Shown: positions 8,033-14,178 of the stretch, piece after piece
Numbering within the stretch: the first letter of the stretch is position 1
Layout: each line of letters starts with the position of its first letter
Virus record (IMG/VR): IMGVR_UViG_3300007960_000019
Length of the DNA: 20,000 nt
Reading direction: 5' to 3' (one strand)
DNA from: an uncultured virus (IMG/VR IMGVR_UViG_3300007960_000019)
Taxonomy: Duplodnaviria; Heunggongvirae; Uroviricota; Caudoviricetes
Position numbers and translations under genes: made by a program
The notes under the pieces: generated by a model
Seen by the model: only the letters and a program-made list of their open reading frames with translations
What the model was told of the DNA's origin: nothing
The model's database searches: none

Positions 8033-8457
8033 TGAACGCAGAAGATAATAAACGAAAACCGGGGCGACCTAAAGGTTCTAAAGACCCCCGTAAGATCAAG
8101 CTAAAACCCTCCCCGAAGACAGCTAAGGAGGACTACGCCAAGTACTATAGTGAGCTAGGTATAGTCGCTATCTATGGTGTAGATGACTTCACTAAAGAAC
8201 TACTCTTCTACATGTGGAATGACCCGTCTCAAGAATTCGTGGCCTGTGACCCTGTCGAGCAACACCTAGCAAACCTAACCCGAGAGGTTGGTAATAGGGC
8301 TAATTCAATGTACAGGTATACCGCAGTACACCACTCTGGGTTTATTGAGTCAGGCTATTATCCTGTAGTCGTTGTATCAAAGAAGTATAAAGAGAAAGTA
8401 ATGGAACTACCTAATCCACATTCTGTAAAGATTATCTGTCTGGAAGACTACAAATGA
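8026..8457 (+). CDS. hypothetical protein: N-terminal AT-hook-like motif plus Rossmann-like alpha/beta domain
   Basis: KRKPGRPKGSK, then VAIYG...EFVACDP...VVVV strand pattern. Confidence 0.7.
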   Translation: MVVNAEDNKRKPGRPKGSKDPRKIKLKPSPKTAKEDYAKYYSELGIVAIYGVDDFTKELLFYMWNDPSQEFVACDPVEQHLANLTREVGNRANSMYRYTAVHHSGFIESGYYPVVVVSKKYKEKVMELPNPHSVKIICLEDYK

Positions 8458-8624
8458 CCGAGTACTTTGTCCCACTGAACCCTAACAAAGAACCCTTTTG
8501 GGTTAAAATCGAACTACAGTACGATGACTACCTACTTCTTGAGTCTGGACAGAAGCTCTACTGGCATACCAACTACAAGTACTATCGTGGTTACATCGAT
8601 GGTGTAGAGGGGTATATCGTCTAA
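8454..8624 (+). CDS. small aromatic-rich hypothetical protein (56 aa, MTEYFVPLNP...YIDGVEGYIV); not in ORF track
   Basis: ATGA overlap with the upstream stop; last ORF before the hairpin/U-tract. Confidence 0.7.
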   Translation: MTEYFVPLNPNKEPFWVKIELQYDDYLLLESGQKLYWHTNYKYYRGYIDGVEGYIV

Positions 8625-8629
8625 ATTAA

Positions 8630-8703
8630 CTAACCGTCCTCACTTATGCTCCTTAATAGGGGTGTAGGTGGGGGCGGTTAGGGACCCCCTTTTATTTTTT
8701 TTT
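8630..8703 (+). terminator. long hairpin plus U-tract ending the early/middle operon
   Basis: 8630-8653 pairs with 8658-8681 over 24 contiguous bp (6 G-U), loop TAAT; TTTTATTTTTTTTT at 8690-8703. Confidence 0.7.
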
Positions 8704-8736
8704 GTAGACAAAACTATCATAAAAATAAGGGGTAAA

Positions 8737-8754
8737 AAATACGACGTACTAATG
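8737..8754 (+). promoter_or_regulatory. candidate T7-like (single-subunit RNAP) promoter, predicted +1 = G8754
   Basis: AAATACGACGTACTAATG versus T7 consensus TAATACGACTCACTATAG: 13/18 identical without gaps. Lies after the terminator and before the late genes. Only one copy seen. Confidence 0.5.
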
Positions 8755-8787
8755 ATGATGATACATCCGGTGTAAGGCATCGTTAAT

Positions 8788-9012
8788 AGCCCTCAATAGA
8801 GACCTGTCAAGGACTACTATAGCTAAAATAGTCTGCTATTACCATAAGCGACTAACCCTCTTTGTACATAAGAGGTGGACCCCGACTGGTATGCCCCTAA
8901 GTAACTTCGAGGAGTTATGTTACCTAGGTTAAGTTGAAACTCCCCCCCTCACAACATGAGGCCCTAGCTCAGGGGTCTTTATAGTAGTCCTTGATGTGAC
9001 TTATTAGAGGCT
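8788..9012 (+). ncRNA. putative structured RNA or late-operon leader of unknown family
   Basis: Perfect 15-bp inverted repeat 8807-8821/8980-8994 enclosing nested stems 8829-8854, 8857-8875, 8877-8889/8964-8978, 8896-8928 and 8947-8961; possible pseudoknot 8911-8916/8938-8943; no ORF in the track. Confidence 0.6.
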
Positions 9013-9054
9013 CCTTAATAATAATAATAAAGAAACTTATAAGGGGAATGCGTT

Positions 9055-9327
9055 ATGTTTTTACACTATATCGATATATTACCTTTTGTTATAGCATTAG
9101 GTATCCTATTAATCGGTCCCTCTTATATTACACCAGAGAGGCCACTTAGTATTCTTGTTGTTCTTACTTCAGCAGTCTTTATTCTAGCGCAGTCTTCATG
9201 GTTTACAGCCTTCATTAATGGTGATGAATGGGGTCGTGATTGGGCTAACTTAGTCTGGTTTTTCTTTAACTCTCTAACAATGGTGATTTTCGTATGTATT
9301 ATCCGTTCCAATTCTTGTCAAAAGTAG
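9055..9327 (+). CDS. small membrane protein, 3 TM (holin-like candidate)
   Basis: Three hydrophobic segments in 90 aa; AAGGGG SD; first late gene. The holin role is inferred from size and position only. Confidence 0.6.
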   Translation: MFLHYIDILPFVIALGILLIGPSYITPERPLSILVVLTSAVFILAQSSWFTAFINGDEWGRDWANLVWFFFNSLTMVIFVCIIRSNSCQK

Positions 9328-9779
9328 TAACCCTTGCAGCTGAGTACGAAGCAGCATTACATGTTAATCGTGACCCTAGTGTCAGCTTAGAAAAACCTTA
9401 CCTAAAGTACGAGGTATTTGGGAGAGCCGTAGAGCAGGCTTCTGGCTTCGCTTTATTGTTGGTAGCTTATACTTTCTCTCTCAGCAGTCGTTACGTGGGT
9501 TCTTCTTCATTCTTAGATCTTGACCATACACTCTTAGCTATCCTTGCTTTTGTAATTGCTTTTGGACAGATAGTCTATAGTAAACTCGTTACAAGGTTAA
9601 TCATGACGATGATTGCTTCTAGCTTTTGGCTCTCTATTGCTATTCAGAAGTTCGTTGAGCTAGGGGATTGGAACATTGCCACTTCTGCTAGTGTGTCATT
9701 CGCTGTGTTTAATTTCTATGTGTACGGTTACGTATATAACCTGTATAAAACTACGGGTTACCAACAATGGAAAAACTGA
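9294..9779 (+). CDS. membrane protein, about 4 TM
   Basis: Four hydrophobic segments after residue ~45; overlaps both neighbours; start uncertain. Confidence 0.7.
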   Translation: MYYPFQFLSKVVTLAAEYEAALHVNRDPSVSLEKPYLKYEVFGRAVEQASGFALLLVAYTFSLSSRYVGSSSFLDLDHTLLAILAFVIAFGQIVYSKLVTRLIMTMIASSFWLSIAIQKFVELGDWNIATSASVSFAVFNFYVYGYVYNLYKTTGYQQWKN

Positions 9780-9973
9780 TACTTGATGTTTTACCAATTG
9801 GACTTGGTGTGTTCGTTGTAGTTGCTTCAGCAGGGTTGCTCGGTGTGTTCCGTTCAGTGGCCCTGTCTAAGCAAGCCTATAATGAAACTGTAGAGTCATT
9901 GAAGACTCAGATTGATGTCATTAAGCAAGAAAATGCCCTTCTTAAATTACGTATAGCTGAACTTGAGAAATAA
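9767..9973 (+). CDS. single-TM protein with C-terminal coiled coil
   Basis: Hydrophobic N-terminal half, then heptads VESLKTQIDVIKQENALLKLRIAELEK. Confidence 0.75.
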   Translation: MEKLILDVLPIGLGVFVVVASAGLLGVFRSVALSKQAYNETVESLKTQIDVIKQENALLKLRIAELEK

Positions 9974-10045
9974 GTCCGAAGTGGGACTATTTGGGTCTTG
10001 TAGTTAGGTCTAAAGTGGGACTAAAGCAGGTCCAATATGGGACTA
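9973..10045 (+). repeat. three imperfect 17-nt direct repeats (RGTCYRAWRTGGGACTA), each a 5-bp/6-nt-loop hairpin
   Basis: AGTCCGAAGTGGGACTA at 9973, GGTCTAAAGTGGGACTA at 10007, GGTCCAATATGGGACTA at 10029. Confidence 0.85.
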
Positions 10046-10050
10046 TTAAT

Positions 10051-10096
10051 GTGATTATTTTTAAGGGTTTATCTTTGAGTTTTTTATAATAATCAC
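10051..10096. repeat. 9-bp inverted repeat flanking a T-rich spacer
   Basis: GTGATTATT (10051-10059) / AATAATCAC (10088-10096); the right arm overlaps a TATAAT at 10085-10090. Confidence 0.7.
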
Positions 10097-10162
10097 GAAG
10101 AATTGTCTTTTTATCTAAATGGAATTGTATCAACTGTCAATCAAGTCATTAAGGAGGTCCCT

Positions 10163-10495
10163 ATGACAGAAAAACGCGGAGGTAAACGCGAAGGCTCAGG
10201 GAGACCTCGTGGATCGCGCAATATATACTCACAAGACTCTGTAAAGAAGCTTGAGGAACTCGGCTTCGATCCCATAGAGATGCTTGTAGATAAATATCAA
10301 GAAATCCAGACAGCTCTTACCGATGGTTCTGTAAGGGTTGGATCCGGGGCTTATGCCCAACTACTCGCCACTCAAGCCCAGATTGTTAACAACCTTATGA
10401 GGTACGGGTATAGACAAGTGCCGGAGAAACAAGAGGTCTCTGTTGAAAATAAGAAACCTATTGCTGTTACTCTTACAGGTAGGAAAAAGGAATGA
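10163..10495 (+). CDS. probable terminase small subunit (110 aa)
   Basis: AAGGAGGT SD at 10151 favours ATG 10163 over the track's 10103. Basic RGGKREGSGRPRGSRN start and helical body; ATGA overlap with the large terminase. Confidence 0.7.
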   Translation: MTEKRGGKREGSGRPRGSRNIYSQDSVKKLEELGFDPIEMLVDKYQEIQTALTDGSVRVGSGAYAQLLATQAQIVNNLMRYGYRQVPEKQEVSVENKKPIAVTLTGRKKE

Positions 10496-11823
10496 CTGAA
10501 GTCGTACTACATGAAGGGCAATCTGATGTTATCAATGATTTGTTTGTAGAGAATGTATGTCGTTATGCTGTAGTTAACGCAAGCAGAGGATTTGGTAAGA
10601 GTTATCTGGCGGCTACTGCTGCCTTGCTGGCTGCACAAGAACTTATGGACCTCCCCGCTGATGTCCCTAACAAGAACGTTGCGATTATTGCCCCTACTTA
10701 TCAACAAACAGTGGACATCTATTACCCTCTTCTAGCCTACCAGCTAGGTTTAGAGGACTATGCCGAGAAGTCTTCTCGTGCTGCTGGAAACTTTTGGCTA
10801 CCTAACAATGTACAACTAAAGCTCTGGTCCTATGAAGCATCTCAGCGAATGCGGGGGACTGGTCAGTACTTCGTGGTGGCTGATGAGGTAACATCTTGGA
10901 GGGGCGCTGGTATGAACCTCAAGGAGTCTTGGGAGTCCATTATTCAACCCTGTGTGTCGACCCGCTGGTCACGTCAGAATGCTGAGTCCTTCGGGGCTAA
11001 CCCCGGAAGGGCACTTATTATCAGTACACCTAGTGGTTACGATTACTTCTATGAGATGTACAATAGACAGGACTACGACGATGATTGGAAGTCCTACTAT
11101 TTCACTTATAAGGACTCTCCTTTTCTTGATGAAGAAGAGATTGAGAGGGTGAAACTCACACTAGACCCTTTGAAGTTCGCTAGAGAATACACAGCTAGCT
11201 TTGAGGATTCAGGGAATAGTGTGTTTTATTGCTTCGACAGAGAGAAGCATATTGATAAAAGTCTACCTTATTTTGAAGACCGAGAGGACGTTCATGTCGC
11301 TGTGGACTTCAATATTGGTGTGATGGCTTCTGTTATTTTTGCCATTCGTGGTAATCAAGTACATATTCTAGACGAGATGCAGGGACACCCTGATACAGAG
11401 ACTCTTGCTAGAGCACTTGTGGAGAAGTACAAAGGTCATAGGATTATTTCCTACCCTGACCCTTCTGGACGTGCTCGTAAGAGTTCTGCTGCTGTAGGTC
11501 GCACTGACTTCAGTATTCTAGAGTCTGCTAAGATTATCACTAGAGCGCATAACAAAGCACCACCTATTGTAGATAGCGTTGCTGCTGTTAACAAGAAACT
11601 TATGAATGCAAAAGGTGATGTCGATTTGCTTATCCATCCGAAGTGTGTAAACACTATCAAATCCATTGAACGAACCCAGTGGGTCGAGTCTAATCCTGAT
11701 ACAGCTACTATCTGTAAAAAGGAAGGTGTCGAACACTGGAGTGACGGTCTTCGTTATGCTATTGAATACCTCTTCCCTATCAGGGCAGGTACTGCTGTGA
11801 CGAAACGTGGGTTTGTTTTCTGA
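10492..11823 (+). CDS. terL: terminase large subunit
   Basis: Walker A ASRGFGKS, Walker B VVADE, motif III ISTPSG, RNase H-like nuclease residues VAVDFN and EHWSDGLRY. Confidence 0.95.
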   Translation: MTEVVLHEGQSDVINDLFVENVCRYAVVNASRGFGKSYLAATAALLAAQELMDLPADVPNKNVAIIAPTYQQTVDIYYPLLAYQLGLEDYAEKSSRAAGNFWLPNNVQLKLWSYEASQRMRGTGQYFVVADEVTSWRGAGMNLKESWESIIQPCVSTRWSRQNAESFGANPGRALIISTPSGYDYFYEMYNRQDYDDDWKSYYFTYKDSPFLDEEEIERVKLTLDPLKFAREYTASFEDSGNSVFYCFDREKHIDKSLPYFEDREDVHVAVDFNIGVMASVIFAIRGNQVHILDEMQGHPDTETLARALVEKYKGHRIISYPDPSGRARKSSAAVGRTDFSILESAKIITRAHNKAPPIVDSVAAVNKKLMNAKGDVDLLIHPKCVNTIKSIERTQWVESNPDTATICKKEGVEHWSDGLRYAIEYLFPIRAGTAVTKRGFVF

Positions 11824-11850
11824 AACTACATTTAAATAAGGAATAAAAAA

Positions 11851-12294
11851 ATGGCAATTATGGATCGAATTCGTAATGCGAAGAAAGCAGTGTACAACTT
11901 TACATCCGCACGTAAGGCTGCTCTAATGAAGGCGATTAAGGCTTCTGCTGCCGCTCGTAAAGTTAAGAGTGCAGCTGGCACTGTAAAGCGCGGTGTCTCA
12001 AAAGCACAAATCAAGGCTAATCGTGTAGTGAACCGTGTAACTGGCTCCAAGACTTCAGCCCTTAAGAAGCGTCAGCAGGCTAAGGCCACCGTTAAGGGTG
12101 CTGTTAAGGGTGCTGTCAAATCAGTACGGAGTACCGTAGGTAAGGTGGAAGCACGTGGCGGTGTCGCTGCTAAGGTTATCAAGAAGGCTGGCTACTCACA
12201 GCGCACTGCTGGTAAGGGTACTAAAAAGGCTCGTGGAAGTAGGGTCCAACGTGGTCTAAGGAAGACCATCAATCGGCTAAGGAAACAAGGGTAA
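11851..12294 (+). CDS. very basic Lys/Arg/Ala-rich, histone H1-like protein (147 aa)
   Basis: Only two acidic residues (one D, one E); VKGAVKGAVK repeat; AAGGA SD. Confidence 0.8.
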   Translation: MAIMDRIRNAKKAVYNFTSARKAALMKAIKASAAARKVKSAAGTVKRGVSKAQIKANRVVNRVTGSKTSALKKRQQAKATVKGAVKGAVKSVRSTVGKVEARGGVAAKVIKKAGYSQRTAGKGTKKARGSRVQRGLRKTINRLRKQG

Positions 12295-12401
12295 TCCATT
12301 GGGTGTACTATCGAAACTAGCAAAAGTTGCCTAATTGCAGCTGATCACTACAAAGACAAGCTTCTTGAGAAGTATAAACCCAAGAAGGGTTAATAAACAA
12401 C

Positions 12402-12427
12402 GAGGAGGTCCCTAACGGGGCTTCCTC
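12402..12427 (+). promoter_or_regulatory. intergenic GC-rich hairpin without U-tract
   Basis: GAGGAGGTCCC-TAAC-GGGGCTTCCTC, 11 bp with 2 G-U. Confidence 0.65.
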
Positions 12428-12462
12428 CCACTAACCATCTTAGTAATTATCAGGAGAACATT

Positions 12463-12759
12463 ATGGCTAATAAGGTCTCAAAGCTAACAGACCCTTCTGG
12501 GAATTACTCAGGGGGTTATACTTCTGACATTTATAAATGTTCAGCTAATAACAACTCAAACAACAACACACAGCGAGGTGTTATCCAAGTACATATAGAC
12601 TCTGGTGAGGTATATCTCCAGATGCGTCTATTAAGTGATTGTCCTTGGTTCACTGCTCGTAAGTACACTTCTAGTATTGTAGAAGAAATGGTGCTTGCTG
12701 GAGAAATCCGTATTGTTGCAACTAACAAAGCAGAAGCTTGGGTCGCCGAGCTACTTTAA
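12463..12759 (+). CDS. hypothetical protein (98 aa), probably virion-associated, beta-rich
   Basis: AGGAG SD; late-region position. Confidence 0.75.
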   Translation: MANKVSKLTDPSGNYSGGYTSDIYKCSANNNSNNNTQRGVIQVHIDSGEVYLQMRLLSDCPWFTARKYTSSIVEEMVLAGEIRIVATNKAEAWVAELL

Positions 12760-12771
12760 GGAAAATCAAAT

Positions 12772-13356
12772 ATGACTATGATTACAGATGGCACTGGCAC
12801 TGGTGTCAAGGCAAAAGTAAACTCTGAGAATAAGCTTCTTGTAGAATCAGTAACAGAAACTGCATTCGAGAATCAAGCAGAAGAGGGTAATGCCTTCAAC
12901 CTAAACACTGAAGATATCGTCCTAGATGGTGGTATTTCTGGTGAACAAGGACTTCTCTATATAAAGAATAACGAGAGTTCAGACCTAGAAATTGTTGGTT
13001 GGTTTATTGGTATCCGGGATGCTGACCGTACAGGTGCTACCTCTGATACGAACCTATTTAAGCTTATTGCTAACCCCACTGGTGGTACTCTTATTAGTGA
13101 TGCTTCAGAAGCCGCTGTAGCTAACCGTAACCTTGGCTCACCCCGTGTCTTTGATGTTACCGCTTATAAAGCCTCTGGTGATGGTAAGACAGTAACTGGT
13201 GGTGAGGCTACACTACTATACCAATACCATACAGCAGGTCGTATCTTCGGGACGGTTACCTTTACCATTCCTCGTGGTTCTTCTTTGGCTATTTTAGTTA
13301 ATACCTATGGTGCTAACATGACACTCTATACAGGGTTTACTGGGTACCTAGCATAA
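12772..13356 (+). CDS. hypothetical virion-associated protein (194 aa), paralogue A
   Basis: N-terminus MITDGTGTGVKAKVNSENKLL resembles that of the 13580 gene; AAGGA SD. Confidence 0.8.
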   Translation: MTMITDGTGTGVKAKVNSENKLLVESVTETAFENQAEEGNAFNLNTEDIVLDGGISGEQGLLYIKNNESSDLEIVGWFIGIRDADRTGATSDTNLFKLIANPTGGTLISDASEAAVANRNLGSPRVFDVTAYKASGDGKTVTGGEATLLYQYHTAGRIFGTVTFTIPRGSSLAILVNTYGANMTLYTGFTGYLA

Positions 13357-13577
13357 TGTCAAGAGATAATGTCTTCACAAACATGATTCCTCTGGGTCCT
13401 GAAACGGCATCATCAGAGGAAACTGTTTCCAATATTGACGAGTATGGTCGTACGTTACAGTTCACCATGCTTATCGAGATTCTTCGTGAACTCAAGATAA
13501 TGAACATGCACTTGGCTTCTATGTCCGAAGAGAAGATTCTTCGTGATGACATTGAGCTACAAATAGGAGAAGAATAA
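13356..13577 (+). CDS. hypothetical protein (73 aa), helical/coiled-coil
   Basis: TAATG overlap; LIEILRELKIMNMHL amphipathic helix. Confidence 0.75.
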   Translation: MSRDNVFTNMIPLGPETASSEETVSNIDEYGRTLQFTMLIEILRELKIMNMHLASMSEEKILRDDIELQIGEE

Positions 13578-13579
13578 CC

Positions 13580-14173
13580 ATGATTATCGAATCAGGTATC
13601 GGTAATGGTAAGATGGCTGCGGTAGATGGTGATAATCGCCTCCTAACAGCCTCCTTTAACATTCCCTTTCAACATCTAGTCGCTAAGGACTATGCTAAGA
13701 CTTTCCAAGTGTGGGGTGAAGCCACCCTAGCCTCTGGTACTGTAACACCACTACACATTAAGAACACCTCACAGGACTCTGTACAGGTTATCACTTACAT
13801 TCGTTGGCAGATTATCGATGAAGCTAACGGTACAGCACTACCTAATGTTTCTAACTACATGTAGTTTGGTTATGGTGCCGCCTATGCATCTGGTGGTACT
13901 GTTGTTACCCCTGTTAACATGACCTCAAGCTCCTCTGTGATTTCTTCTGTGTCTGCCTTCCAAGGTAATCCAACACTATCAGGTACTCCTACTGTGTTTG
14001 ACCGTCATTACCCTAAATCAGAGGGTGACATGTATAGCTACAACAAAGAAGGTGCTGCTCTACTAATCCCCGGCTCCGCTTTCACAGCACAATACACAGG
14101 AGACCACACAGCAGGTAAAGTATACTGTCGTTTAAGCTTCTTAGAAGTTAACCTAGACAATTATAGTGGGTAA
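13580..14173 (+). pseudogene. paralogue B of the 12772 gene, 197 codons, interrupted by one in-frame TAG at 13862-13864 (nonsense allele, read-through gene or sequence error)
   Basis: Track ORFs 13580-13864 and 13919-14173 share a frame. The 18 codons between them (FGYGAAYASGGTVVTPVN) are open and the joined length matches paralogue A. Confidence 0.7.
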
Positions 14174-14178
14174 TTGCT

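Noticed and set aside
8659..8683. G-quadruplex in the G-rich hairpin arm
   Set aside because: G runs are uneven and the G content is explained by pairing with the pyrimidine-rich arm.
8749..8940. Hammerhead ribozyme, tRNA, tmRNA or cobalamin riboswitch
   Set aside because: CTAATGA is not the CUGAnGA core; no T-loop/CCA end or B12 box was recognised.
8788..9012. Retron msr-msd (a1/a2 repeats), MITE or group I intron
   Set aside because: No reverse transcriptase or transposase in the window and no target-site duplication seen. GACTA/TAGTC resemble P7 but are used in P1/P2, and no gene is interrupted.
9973..10045. CRISPR mini-array
   Set aside because: Repeats are 17 nt and imperfect, spacers are 17 and 5 nt, and there are no cas genes.
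10061..10090. Sigma70 promoter at TATAAT 10085-10090
   Set aside because: No convincing -35 at 16-18 nt spacing and no TG extension; the AT-rich context makes a chance match likely.
12547..12568. AAC-rich run (NNNSNNN) as a phase-variable repeat
   Set aside because: Imperfect, in-frame trinucleotide low complexity that would not shift the frame.
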